Below are positions 10,627 to 20,617 of a stretch of DNA of 64,000 nt, one piece after another (position 1 is the first letter of the stretch; every line of letters begins with the position of its first letter). A program made the position numbers and the translations under genes. This DNA is from Candidatus Fimadaptatus sp. (lineage in GTDB: Bacteria; Bacillota; Clostridia; Christensenellales; Aristaeellaceae). The DNA is taken from the NCBI GenBank assembly GCA_050946055.1, contig JBMNUB010000002.1, positions 97,338-161,337 of the forward strand. Direction: 5' to 3'. The notes beneath the pieces were generated by a model, which saw nothing but the letters and a program-made list of their open reading frames with translations, did not search any database and had not been told where the DNA came from.

Positions 10627-12084
10627 ATGGACATAAAACAGCTGGTAAAGGAGCTGCCCTGCCTGATAAAGGTCTGCGGCAATGTCGATACGGAAGTTCT
10701 GTCGCTCAGCGCCGATTCACGCAAGATAGAGCAGGGCGCGCTGTTTTTTTGCATACGCGGCATAAGGGTGGACGCGCATGAGTTTGCGCCTCAGGCGATT
10801 AAGGCGGGCGCGGCGGCGCTTGTGGTGGAGCGCGAGCTGGATGTGGACGTGGCGCAGATAGTCGTGAGCGACGCGCGCCTGGCCATGAACTACATAGCTC
10901 AGGCGTTCTACGGACATCCCGCGCGCAGCATGAAGATGGTGGGCATAACCGGCACCAAGGGCAAGTCCACCACCTGTTTCCTGATAAAGTCTATACTCCA
11001 GAAGGCGGGCTACAAGGTGGGCCTCATAGGCACGATAATGACCATGATAGGCGAGCGCCGCCTGCCCGCCGACTTGACTACGCCCGATCCCATAGAGCTG
11101 CAGCGCCTGCTGCGCGAGATGGCCGACGAGGGCGTGGACATAGTGACCATGGAGGTGTCGGCGCACGCGCTGGCGCTCAACAAGCTGGATGGCATAGTGT
11201 ACGATGCGGTGGCGTTCACCAACCTCTCGCATGACCATCTGGACTTCTTTGGCACGCCGGAAAAGTACTTCGCCGCCAAGCGCCGCCTGCTCACGCCTGA
11301 GTTTGCACGCTATGCGCTGATAAACGGCGACGACGAGCACGCGGCCTCGATAGCCGATGACTTAAAGCTCCCGCACGAGCGCTTTGCCATACGCGAAAAG
11401 GCCAATATCTACGCTGGCAACATAGAGTTCGACCCGCGCGGCCTGTCCTTTACGCTGCACTTCCACAAGCGCTATGAGCTGGACATAGACCTTCAGCTCT
11501 CGGGGCTGTTCAACGTATACAACTCGCTGTGCGCGGCGGCGGTGTGCGACGCGCTGGGCGTGGAGCCGCGCTTCATAAAGGAAGGCCTTGAGGCCGTTGC
11601 CAATGTCCCCGGCCGCATGGAGGTGCTGGACACCGGCACGCCCTATCAGGTGATACTGGACTATGCGCACTCCCCGGACGCGCTGGATAATGTGCTGCGC
11701 GCGGTGCGCCAGTTCACCAAGGGCAGGCTGATTGCCGTGTTCGGCTGCGGCGGCAACCGCGATAAGGAAAAGCGTCCGATAATGGGCAGGATAGGCGCAG
11801 ACCTTGCCGACTACTGCGTGCTGACCAGCGACAACCCGCGCGGCGAGGATCCGATGGCGATACTGGCTGCGATAGAAGAAGGCGCGCGCCCCGAGGGCAA
11901 GCCTTACAGCGTGATAGAGAACCGCCGCGAGGCCATACGCCATGCCATGAGCATAGCGCGCGACGGCGACGTGGTAGTGCTGGCGGGCAAGGGTCACGAG
12001 ACCTATCAGGAGATAATGGGCGAGAAGCATCCCTTTGACGAAAAGGTGGTCGTGCAGGAGCTGCTTGCAGAGCTTGAGCAGTAA
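10627..12084 (+). CDS. murE: UDP-N-acetylmuramoyl-L-alanyl-D-glutamate--2,6-diaminopimelate ligase MurE
   Basis: Mur ligase motifs GITGTKGKSTT; a DNPR motif, which indicates meso-DAP specificity. GGGAGGA RBS before the ATG at 10627 (track ORF starts at 10594). Confidence 0.9.
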   Translation: MDIKQLVKELPCLIKVCGNVDTEVLSLSADSRKIEQGALFFCIRGIRVDAHEFAPQAIKAGAAALVVERELDVDVAQIVVSDARLAMNYIAQAFYGHPARSMKMVGITGTKGKSTTCFLIKSILQKAGYKVGLIGTIMTMIGERRLPADLTTPDPIELQRLLREMADEGVDIVTMEVSAHALALNKLDGIVYDAVAFTNLSHDHLDFFGTPEKYFAAKRRLLTPEFARYALINGDDEHAASIADDLKLPHERFAIREKANIYAGNIEFDPRGLSFTLHFHKRYELDIDLQLSGLFNVYNSLCAAAVCDALGVEPRFIKEGLEAVANVPGRMEVLDTGTPYQVILDYAHSPDALDNVLRAVRQFTKGRLIAVFGCGGNRDKEKRPIMGRIGADLADYCVLTSDNPRGEDPMAILAAIEEGARPEGKPYSVIENRREAIRHAMSIARDGDVVVLAGKGHETYQEIMGEKHPFDEKVVVQELLAELEQ

Positions 12085-12217
12085 TCAGAGCGCGGCATAT
12101 TGAGCCGCCGGTTGGCATATACGTCCGGCAAGATGTTATCGCACAGCGCCGCCTAAAGCCCATGTGCATGCATAAGGGCGTGCGGGCGGCCACGATTTTT
12201 TATCAGGGGGAAATGGT

Positions 12218-13234
12218 ATGCAGCAGGTCATATGGGCGGTGCTGATAGCGTTCCTGGCCGTGATGGTCATGGCGCCGATAGGCATCCCGATGCTCAAAAA
12301 GCTAAAATACGGTCAGACGATATACGAACTCGGCCCGCAGAGCCACCTTGCCAAGCAGGGCGTGCCGACCATGGGCGGAGTCATGATAGGCATAGCCGTG
12401 CTGATAGTGGGGCTGGCATTCTCGCGCGGGCGCATGAACTTCATGCTGTTCATACTGCTGTCGGGACTGCTTCACGGCGCGATAGGCTTCGCGGACGACT
12501 ACATCAAGGTGGCCAAGAAGCGCTCGCTGGGACTCACGCCGCGCCAGAAGATAATACTTCAGATATTTACCGGCATAGCGCTGGCGCTGTGGGCGTACTT
12601 TGACCCCAACATAGGCTCGGCGGTGGTCGTGCCGTATTGGAATGTGGAGTGGAATCTGGGCATATTCTACGTGCCGCTGATGGTGCTTATGTATGTGTTC
12701 ATGATAAACTCGTCCAACCTTCTGGACGGTCTGGACGGGCTGCTGTCCTCCTGCTCGGTCGTGGGGCTGTCCACGTTCGCGCTGATATGCTTTGCCATGG
12801 CGCTGGGCGCGTCCAGCATACCCGCGCCTGCGGGTGTAGACCCTGTACAGTACGCTCAGGATCTGCGCAACGCCGCCGTGATATGCGGCGCGGGCGCGGG
12901 CGCGTGTCTGGGCTTTTTGCGCTTTAACACCAATCCGGCGCGCGTCATAATGGGCGACACCGGCTCCATGCTGATAGGCGGATTGCTGGTGGGCGCGGCC
13001 ATGGTGACCAGGCTTCAGATACTGCTCATACCCGTGTGCGCGGCCATGATAGTGTCCAGCCTGTCGGTAATAATACAGGTCATGTACTGCAACATGACCG
13101 GCGGCAAGCGGCTGTTCAAGATGTCGCCGCTGCACCACCACTTTGAGCTGTGCGGCATGACGGAGCCGCGCATAGTTGCCATGTACACGCTGTTTAGCGT
13201 GATAATGTGCCTGCTGGCGTTGCTTACGCTGTAA
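12218..13234 (+). CDS. mraY: Phospho-N-acetylmuramoyl-pentapeptide transferase MraY
   Basis: Ten-TM MraY pattern with the conserved PTMGG, DD.IK and HHHFE segments. Confidence 0.95.
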   Translation: MQQVIWAVLIAFLAVMVMAPIGIPMLKKLKYGQTIYELGPQSHLAKQGVPTMGGVMIGIAVLIVGLAFSRGRMNFMLFILLSGLLHGAIGFADDYIKVAKKRSLGLTPRQKIILQIFTGIALALWAYFDPNIGSAVVVPYWNVEWNLGIFYVPLMVLMYVFMINSSNLLDGLDGLLSSCSVVGLSTFALICFAMALGASSIPAPAGVDPVQYAQDLRNAAVICGAGAGACLGFLRFNTNPARVIMGDTGSMLIGGLLVGAAMVTRLQILLIPVCAAMIVSSLSVIIQVMYCNMTGGKRLFKMSPLHHHFELCGMTEPRIVAMYTLFSVIMCLLALLTL

Positions 13235-13382
13235 GGCATGGAGGTACGGCGGGCGGGCTAAGGGCCGTTGACCGCCCGGAGCCGCGACGCTTTCGGGCGG
13301 CGCGGCTCTGCTTGTATAATGCCCATGCAAATGGACGAGCCGCCGCACCCGTTCCCGATGTCGGGAGAAAGGAGAGGTATAC

Positions 13383-14738
13383 ATGAACTTTATAGGCAAA
13401 AAGATACTTGTTATAGGCATGGCGCGCAGCGGCGTGGCCGTGTCCGAGCTGCTCAGCCGCCATGGCGCGCTGGTCACGATAAACGATACCAAGAGCGCCG
13501 AGGCGCTGGGCGATGCGCTGGAATCGCTCAAGGGGCTGAACATAGAGTGGCGTCTGGGCGAGGACGCGGTAAAGCTGGTCGAGGAGGCCGACGGCGTGGT
13601 GATAAGCCCCGGCGTGCCTGTGACTGCGCCCGCGGTCAAGCGCGCGCTTGAGCTGGGCAAGCCGGTCGAGGCCGAGATAGAGGTGGCGTACAGGCTGTCG
13701 CGCGGCAGAGTTGTAGCCATAACCGGCACAAACGGCAAGACCACGACCACCACGCTCATAAGCGAGATGTTCAAAAACGCGGGCAAGATGACCTACACCG
13801 TGGGCAACATAGGCTTCCCGTTCTCGGCAATAGCCGACAAGACCCGCCCCGAAGACGTGACCGTGTGCGAGGTGTCCAGCTTCCAGCTGGAGACGATAGA
13901 CAAGTTCCGCCCGGTTATAAGCGCGGTGCTGAACATATCCGAGGATCACCTTAACCGCCACGGCACCATGGACGAATACATACGCATGAAGAAGCGTATA
14001 TTTGAGAATCAGCGCCGCGACGACGTGTGCGTGCTCAACTACGACGATCCGGCGACGCGCGCCATGGCCGAGGACATGATAGCGCAGCCGGTGTTCTTCT
14101 CGCGCCGCGAGAAGGTCGAGGGTGCGTATGTGCAGGACGGGCAGATAATGTTCGGCATAGATATGCCCCGCAGCATCTGCGGCGTGGACGAGGTGCGCAT
14201 ACCCGGCCCGCACAATCTGGAGAACGCGCTGGCGGCAGTGGCCATGGCAGTCTGCGCCGAGATACCGCTGCCCGTCATAAGGCACACCCTGCGCACATTT
14301 GCAGGCGTGGAGCACAGGATAGAGTTCGTGCGCGAGCTGCGCGGCGTGCGCTTCATAAACGACTCCAAGGGTACCAATGTGGACTCCACGCTCAAGGCCA
14401 TAGCCACGATGGATCGCCCCACGGTGATGATACTGGGCGGCTCCACCAAGCACTCCGACTATGCGCCGCTGGCCGAGGCCATGGTGGATTCGGCGCACAT
14501 AAGGGGCGCGGTGGTGATAGGCGAGACCACGCCCGAGATGCTGCCCGCGCTGGATGCGGCGGGCTTCACCAACTACCGCGTGTGCGGCGGCTTTGAGGAG
14601 GCGATAAACACCGCATGGGGCATGGCCAATGAGGGCGGCAATGTGCTGCTTTCCCCGGCGTGCGCCAGCTTTGACATGTTCGAGGACTTTGAGCAGCGCG
14701 GCGAGGTGTTCAAGCGCATAGTCAACGACCTCAAGTGA
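13383..14738 (+). CDS. murD: UDP-N-acetylmuramoylalanine--D-glutamate ligase MurD
   Basis: N-terminal Rossmann motif (ILVIGMARSG) and ITGTNGKTTTT. Confidence 0.95.
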   Translation: MNFIGKKILVIGMARSGVAVSELLSRHGALVTINDTKSAEALGDALESLKGLNIEWRLGEDAVKLVEEADGVVISPGVPVTAPAVKRALELGKPVEAEIEVAYRLSRGRVVAITGTNGKTTTTTLISEMFKNAGKMTYTVGNIGFPFSAIADKTRPEDVTVCEVSSFQLETIDKFRPVISAVLNISEDHLNRHGTMDEYIRMKKRIFENQRRDDVCVLNYDDPATRAMAEDMIAQPVFFSRREKVEGAYVQDGQIMFGIDMPRSICGVDEVRIPGPHNLENALAAVAMAVCAEIPLPVIRHTLRTFAGVEHRIEFVRELRGVRFINDSKGTNVDSTLKAIATMDRPTVMILGGSTKHSDYAPLAEAMVDSAHIRGAVVIGETTPEMLPALDAAGFTNYRVCGGFEEAINTAWGMANEGGNVLLSPACASFDMFEDFEQRGEVFKRIVNDLK

Positions 14739-14936
14739 GCATGCGCGCGGTAAGGCGGTGCGTGAAGGCTGTGGATAAAGCATGGCATAATCATATGGCA
14801 CGGCTATGCATGCGGGCGCAAAGGCGCGGGCATGCGCGTGAGCGATTTTGCTGAGATGCATGCGTCTTGCGCGGTGCGCGCCATGTTCGTGCAGGTGATG
14901 CATCACGGCTGATACTGCTGAGATTATGCGCAAGCG

Positions 14937-15195
14937 GATAGGGTTGTGTGGCCTGCCATGCCGAAATCATCATGAAGTGAGTATAACGCATGCGCTGTGC
15001 AATCAGACAGGGCTGTGTGGCATGGCATGCCGACATCACCATCAAGCGAGCATAGCGCATGCTATGCGCAATCAGACAAGACAGCATGTCATGCCATGCT
15101 GAACCTATCCTCAAGCTGTGCATAGCGCATGCAATGCGCAATAGAACAAGGCTGTGTATTGCAGCCCGACACACTTGACCGCGCATAGTGCGCAG
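14937..15195. repeat. About 70-bp degenerate tandem repeat (roughly 3.5 copies) in the murD-ftsW intergenic region
   Basis: Units beginning GCATGC(N)TGCGCAATCAGACA…CATGCCATGC…CAAG…ATAGC at about 14987, 15056 and 15126, with a partial copy upstream. Confidence 0.8.
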
Positions 15196-15250
15196 GCGCA
15201 CTCCCGATGACATTATCACGGCGGCGATGTTCCGCCCAAGGGGGAGCGCG

Positions 15251-16399
15251 ATGACCGGTCTGGGTCGGCGCATTCACGCCTCTGCGCCGCAGCCGCCGCT
15301 GGCTGTGCGCGGGCGCGTGGACAAGGGGATAGTGATAACGCTTATGCTGCTGCTGGCGCTGGGGCTTACCACGCTGTTCTCGGCCAGCTTTTACGGCGCG
15401 TCGGCGAAGGGCGGCGCGTTTGACACGGTGCTAAAACAGCTGCTGGGCGTGGGCATGGGGCTTATCGCCATGGCGGCGTTTGCCAATTTCCCATATTGGC
15501 GGCTGAGGAATCCCTATGTGGTGGGCGGCATGCTGCTTATCAGCTTTGTGCTGCTGGTACTGGTCGCCATTCCCGGTATAGGCAAGGAGGTAAACTTCTC
15601 GCGCCGCTGGCTGTACCTGGGGCCGCTCAGCATACAGCCCTCGGAGATAGCCAAGTTCGCGGTGATACTGTTCATGGCGGCGGCGCTTACCAACATAGGC
15701 AGGCGCGTGGAGCGGCTGTTTACAGGCATCATGCCGCTGATGCTTATACCGGGCGGCGCGTTTTTGCTGATACTTATGCAGCCCAACCTCTCTACCGCAG
15801 GCTCGATAGTCATAGTGTCCATAGTAATGGTGCTGGCGGCGGGCGCGAAGTGGCGGCATCTTGGCATAATGGGCGCTGCGGGCGCTGTGGTGGCGGCGTA
15901 TTACGCCTGGTCGGAGCCTTACAGGCGGGAGCGGCTGCTTTCGTTTCGCGATCCGTTTGCCAAGCTCAGCGACGAGGGCTATCAGCTCAGCCAGTCGCTG
16001 CTGGCGTTCGGCTCGGGCGGACTGTTCGGCATGGGGCTGGGCAGGGGCAGGCAGAAGTTCGGCTTCCTGCCGTATCCCGAGAGCGACTTCATATTCGCCG
16101 TGGTAGGCGAGGACATGGGGCTGATGGGCTGCTTGGCGGTGCTGATGCTGTTTCTGGCGTTCATATTCTTCGGGCTGCGCGTGGCGATAAACTGCCCGGA
16201 CAAGTTCGGCGCGCTGTTGGCCTGCGGCATAACGCTTATGATAGGCATACAGGCGTTTATGAACGTAGCGGTGGTGACGGGACTCATGCCCACGACGGGA
16301 CTTCCGCTGCCTTTCTTCAGCGCGGGCGGCACGTCGATATCGATATTCATGGGCGCTGTGGGCATACTGCTCAACATATCGCGCTATTCGGGCGCGTGA
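15251..16399 (+). CDS. ftsW: SEDS-family peptidoglycan glycosyltransferase FtsW/SpoVE
   Basis: Multi-TM SEDS pattern (LMLLLALGLTTLFSAS… to …PTTGLPLPFFSAGGTS). GGGGGAG RBS lies 5 nt before the ATG at 15251; the track ORF starts earlier at 15188. Confidence 0.85.
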   Translation: MTGLGRRIHASAPQPPLAVRGRVDKGIVITLMLLLALGLTTLFSASFYGASAKGGAFDTVLKQLLGVGMGLIAMAAFANFPYWRLRNPYVVGGMLLISFVLLVLVAIPGIGKEVNFSRRWLYLGPLSIQPSEIAKFAVILFMAAALTNIGRRVERLFTGIMPLMLIPGGAFLLILMQPNLSTAGSIVIVSIVMVLAAGAKWRHLGIMGAAGAVVAAYYAWSEPYRRERLLSFRDPFAKLSDEGYQLSQSLLAFGSGGLFGMGLGRGRQKFGFLPYPESDFIFAVVGEDMGLMGCLAVLMLFLAFIFFGLRVAINCPDKFGALLACGITLMIGIQAFMNVAVVTGLMPTTGLPLPFFSAGGTSISIFMGAVGILLNISRYSGA

Positions 16400-16559
16400 A
16401 CACACTGTGCGCGGGCCGCGTTTCGGCGTGCAGCCGGAACGCGGCGTTTGCCGGTCCTGCGCGCAAAATTTGTCGCAACGGCGCGGGATAGGGCTGAATG
16501 CGCTGGTTGGGCAGATGTGGATGTCGGGTATGAACTTGTGACGTACAGGGTGCTTGCGC

Positions 16560-16800
16560 AGCGCATCAGGAGTGATGGGGTGCGGATGATGTGTATGAAC
16601 AAGGTGCGCACTTTGCCAGCATAGCCATCAGAAGCGATGGACTGCGGACGATGTGCATGAGCAAGGCGCGCTCTGCCAGCATAGCCATCAGAAGCGATGG
16701 ACTGCGGACGATGTGCATGAGCAAGGCGCGCTCTGCCAGCATATCGCATCAAAATCGCTGAACCTGTCGCGGCGCGCGTGCGTCCAATATTCCAATGGGC
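16560..16800. repeat. 60-bp tandem repeat: two perfect copies (16621-16680 and 16681-16740) flanked by degenerate copies
   Basis: ATAGCCATCAGAAGCGATGGACTGCGGACGATGTGCATGAGCAAGGCGCGCTCTGCCAGC occurs twice in succession, with about 70%-identical copies on either side. The repeat artefact explains ORF 16384..16752(-). Confidence 0.9.
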
Positions 16801-16940
16801 GGCTTAGGCGCGCATCGGGCAGCGCCGCGCATGCCATGCATGCGCCCAAAGCCGCAGGCGATATGACCCTGCTGCACGCGAATGTGCGCTGCGGCATAAC
16901 GTAGGTCATAGGGTCATTTAGCCATGGAGGTGTACATATC

Positions 16941-18221
16941 ATGGAAGAACTCCGTATCCGGGGCGGCAGGGCGCTGAGCGGCCGCGTGCGCGTGGGCGGC
17001 GCCAAGAACGCGGTGTTGCCGGTGCTGGCAGCGTGCATAATGTGCCGGGAGAGGATAACGCTTTACGACGTGCCTTGCATACTGGACGTGGAAAACATGC
17101 TCAGGATACTGCGCACGCTGGGAGTAAAGTGCGAGCGCAAATGTCACAGCGTGGAGATAGACGCGAGCGGCGCGGACTGCTTCAGCATGCCCGAGCATCT
17201 GTCCAAGCAGCTGCGCTCGTCCATATTTATGATGGGCTCGATACTGACGCGCTTTGGCCGCGCCAACGTCACCTATCCCGGCGGCTGCGAGATAGGGCTG
17301 CGCCCGATAGATCTGCACCTCAAGGGACTGCAGGCGCTGGGCGTGGACATACGCGAGCAGCACGGCATGATATACTGCGACGGCGCACGCATGCGCGGCG
17401 GCGAAGTGCATCTGGACTTTCCCAGCGTGGGCGCGACCGAGAATGTGATGATGGCGGCGGTGATGAGCGAGGGCGAGACAAGGATACACAACGCCGCGCG
17501 CGAACCCGAGATAGTGGATTTGGCGCGCTTCATAAACGCCATGGGCGGCTGCGTGAGCGGCGCGGGCGGGCCTACGGTCACGATAAGCGGCGTAAGGCGG
17601 CTGCACGGCTGTGAGTTCACGCTCATGCCCGACAGGATAGTCGCAGGGACGCTGATGTGCGCCGCCGCGATAACGCGCGGGGATGTGCTGCTGGACAATG
17701 TGCGCGCGGGCGACCTGATGGACGTTGTGGATAAGCTGCGCGGCGCGGGCTGCGAGATAGACTGCGCGGGTGAATCCATGCGCGTGCGCGCGCACGACAT
17801 AGGCCCGCTGCGCGCCTATACACAGCCCTATCCCGGCTTTCCCACCGACATGCAGGCGCAGATGATGGCGCTTGCATGCACATCGCGCGGCACTTCCATG
17901 ATAGTGGAGAACGTGTTCGAATCGCGCTTTGCCCATGCGGCGCAGCTCAAGCGCATGGGCGCGGACATATGGCTGCACGACCGCACGGCCGTGATACGCG
18001 GCGGCGAGCTTCAGGGTGCGCGCGTGACGGCGCGCGACCTGCGCGGCGGCGCGGCGCTGGTCATAGCCGGACTTGCCGCGCGCGGCGAGACGCGGGTGGA
18101 CAACATTTGTGTGATAGACCGCGGCTACGAGCGCATCGAGGATATGCTGGGTGCGCTGGGCGCGGACATAGCGCGCGTGGAGCGCGAAGACATGGACGAT
18201 GCGCTCCACGCGCGCGCGTAA
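16941..18221 (+). CDS. murA: UDP-N-acetylglucosamine 1-carboxyvinyltransferase MurA
   Basis: EPSP-synthase fold protein with N-terminal KNAVLP and the catalytic Cys in PGGCEIGLRPIDLH. GGAGGTG RBS. Confidence 0.9.
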   Translation: MEELRIRGGRALSGRVRVGGAKNAVLPVLAACIMCRERITLYDVPCILDVENMLRILRTLGVKCERKCHSVEIDASGADCFSMPEHLSKQLRSSIFMMGSILTRFGRANVTYPGGCEIGLRPIDLHLKGLQALGVDIREQHGMIYCDGARMRGGEVHLDFPSVGATENVMMAAVMSEGETRIHNAAREPEIVDLARFINAMGGCVSGAGGPTVTISGVRRLHGCEFTLMPDRIVAGTLMCAAAITRGDVLLDNVRAGDLMDVVDKLRGAGCEIDCAGESMRVRAHDIGPLRAYTQPYPGFPTDMQAQMMALACTSRGTSMIVENVFESRFAHAAQLKRMGADIWLHDRTAVIRGGELQGARVTARDLRGGAALVIAGLAARGETRVDNICVIDRGYERIEDMLGALGADIARVEREDMDDALHARA

Positions 18222-18233
18222 AAGGAGAGGGCG

Positions 18234-19058
18234 ATGAGCAGGCACGGACGGGGGAGGAGCGCAAATCTCATTGTGGCGGCGCTGATAGCCGTTATACTGG
18301 CGGCGGCGCTGGGCATAGTGCTGCGCAAGGTCATGGTTGTAAAGCATGTGGACGTGGCGGGTGTGCAGGGCGAGCAGGCGCAGCAGGTGCTGGACATGTC
18401 GGGCATAAGGCTGGGCCAGAGCATATTCGACGTGGACAGCCGCCAGATAGCCATAAATCTGCGCGAGAACGGCTATTTCAAGCTGGAGTCGGTGGACGTG
18501 CGCAAGCCGGATTCGGTGACGCTCAACGTGTCCATGCGCGACAGGGCGGCGGCCATAGAGCACCTGGGGTTTGTGTACATAGTGGATGCTGAGCTGAGCG
18601 TGCTGGAGTGCATGGGCGCGCTGGGCGACATGGGCGTGCCGCTGATAACCGGCGCGGAGATACAGCAGACGCCGGTCGGCACGCCGCTCAACATGGACAG
18701 GTCGCAGGCCGAGTTGCTGCGCGACGTGCTTGAGGCCGTGAATGCGGCGGGGCTTACAGGTGAGCTGAGCGAGATAAACATAGCCGGTGCGCAGCAGATA
18801 TACTGCGTGACGCGCTCCGGATACGTGTTCAGGCTGGGCAATATGGATGGCATGGCAAAGAAGCTAAGCTGGATACTGCCCATGCAGCAGCGCCTGATAA
18901 GCGAGGGGCGCGTGGGCGGCACGGTGGATGTGACCGGGCTGGATGCCGCGGACTACATACCGCCCAGAGCTACGCCCGCAGTCACCGCATCGCCTGCACA
19001 GGCGGCGGCGACATTTGCGCCATATGACCCGGTTACAGCTACCGCCGGGCCGGGCTGA
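18234..19058 (+). CDS. ftsQ: Cell-division protein FtsQ/DivIB (POTRA domain)
   Basis: N-terminal TM (LIVAALIAVILAAALGIVL) followed by a POTRA-like VVKHVDVAG…LGQSIFDVD region. AAGGAGAGGG RBS. Positioned between murA and ftsA. Confidence 0.8.
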   Translation: MSRHGRGRSANLIVAALIAVILAAALGIVLRKVMVVKHVDVAGVQGEQAQQVLDMSGIRLGQSIFDVDSRQIAINLRENGYFKLESVDVRKPDSVTLNVSMRDRAAAIEHLGFVYIVDAELSVLECMGALGDMGVPLITGAEIQQTPVGTPLNMDRSQAELLRDVLEAVNAAGLTGELSEINIAGAQQIYCVTRSGYVFRLGNMDGMAKKLSWILPMQQRLISEGRVGGTVDVTGLDAADYIPPRATPAVTASPAQAAATFAPYDPVTATAGPG

Positions 19059-19324
19059 AGCGCTGCATGGCGGGGCGGCTTGCGCGTCCGGACCGAAGCC
19101 GGGCGCTGCGCTTGTTTGGTAATAATAGGTTTAACAGCCGCCGCCATACAGCCGCCACAAATAGGCGGTATAGTATATGGCGTAAAAGCGCGGTTCAGCC
19201 CAAAAAATCAACATGAAATCACAAGAACCCTCTTTTCAAGCTACGCGCTATAAGGTATAATGATATATAATATGGGGTAGGAATGGGGATAATTGCCCCA
19301 TAGCAAGGCAGGCGATGAGTTGTT

Positions 19325-20530
19325 ATGAAGACAATGGCAGCCGCCATCGACTTCGGTACATCGAAGATAGTGACCATAATGGCTGAGAGCGGCGATTATC
19401 ACCGCTGCAGCATACTGGGTTCTGGCACCGCAGTGTACGACGGCTTTTCGGAGGACGGCAGATGGAACACTCCCGAAAAGCTGAACGACGCGATAAAGTC
19501 GGCGATACGCCAGCTCGAGGAAGAGGCGCGCAAGCCCGTGACCGAGCTGTACGTGGGAGTGCCGGGCGAGTGCATGCGGGTTCACATACGCGAGACACAG
19601 CTTAACACCGGCCCCGAGGGTCGCGTTACGCTGAGCGATGCAAGCGATATACTGGAAAAAGTCGTGGCGCAACTTAACGCGAATCAGGGAAGCGTGCTTT
19701 CATACTCACCCGCGTACTATCAGATAGACGGGGGCGAGCCGACTATGACGCCGGTGGACGTGCGCGGGCGCACGCTGTCGGCCAAGGTATCGGTAATAAC
19801 GGCGTCCTTGGACTTCATGGACGACGTGGAACTGCGTCTGCGCGACATGGGCATAAAGGTAAAGGGCTTCATGCCCTCCGCAATGGGCGAGGCAGTGCTG
19901 CTGATGCCGCCCGAGGAGCGCGACAAGACCGTGACCATGGTGGACGTGGGCTATCTGCACACGGAAATGATGGTAATGCAGGGCGATGCCCTTGTGGACT
20001 ATCAGGTGCTGCCCGTGGGCGGCGGACACATATCCGCAGACCTCGCATACGGTTTGGAAGTGCCGTTTGCAACGGCGGAAAAGATAAAGCGCGCGTTCGC
20101 ATTCGACGGCACGGGCGATATTGAACTGGGCGAAGGCGAAGGCGCTCAGCGCTTTGAGCGCCCGTTCACGACCGAGATAATCACCTCGCGCGTGGACGAG
20201 CTTGTGGACATGATACGCGATGTGCTGGACGAGACGCCGGTAAAGCCCGACGCCAACGCGCCGCTGTATCTCACCGGCGGCGGCATATCTATGATGCGCG
20301 GCGGGCGCGAGTACATGGCGCGCGCGCTCAATCGCAGCATAAAGATACCCTCGGCCCGCGCGGGCAAGCTCAACAGTCCCCCTTATGCCTCGGCGCTGGG
20401 ACTGATAGACATGGTTTTTGACAAGATAGACATGCAAAACGGCGATATGGGCGTAAGCGCCATGGACAAGGTAATGGACGTGTTCTATGGCATAGGGCAG
20501 AAGGTCGCCGGCATATTCAAAAAGCAATGA
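19325..20530 (+). CDS. ftsA: Cell-division protein FtsA
   Basis: Actin-like ATPase signature (AAAIDFGTSKIV… and LTGGG). Immediately upstream of ftsZ. Confidence 0.9.
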   Translation: MKTMAAAIDFGTSKIVTIMAESGDYHRCSILGSGTAVYDGFSEDGRWNTPEKLNDAIKSAIRQLEEEARKPVTELYVGVPGECMRVHIRETQLNTGPEGRVTLSDASDILEKVVAQLNANQGSVLSYSPAYYQIDGGEPTMTPVDVRGRTLSAKVSVITASLDFMDDVELRLRDMGIKVKGFMPSAMGEAVLLMPPEERDKTVTMVDVGYLHTEMMVMQGDALVDYQVLPVGGGHISADLAYGLEVPFATAEKIKRAFAFDGTGDIELGEGEGAQRFERPFTTEIITSRVDELVDMIRDVLDETPVKPDANAPLYLTGGGISMMRGGREYMARALNRSIKIPSARAGKLNSPPYASALGLIDMVFDKIDMQNGDMGVSAMDKVMDVFYGIGQKVAGIFKKQ

Positions 20531-20617
20531 CACTTGCCGTAAGCCCGCGCGCGGGCTGCGGGCGCAGGGGCGCGCTTCAGCCCGTTGACCGGCTCAGAAA
20601 GACGAGGGGGATTAACT

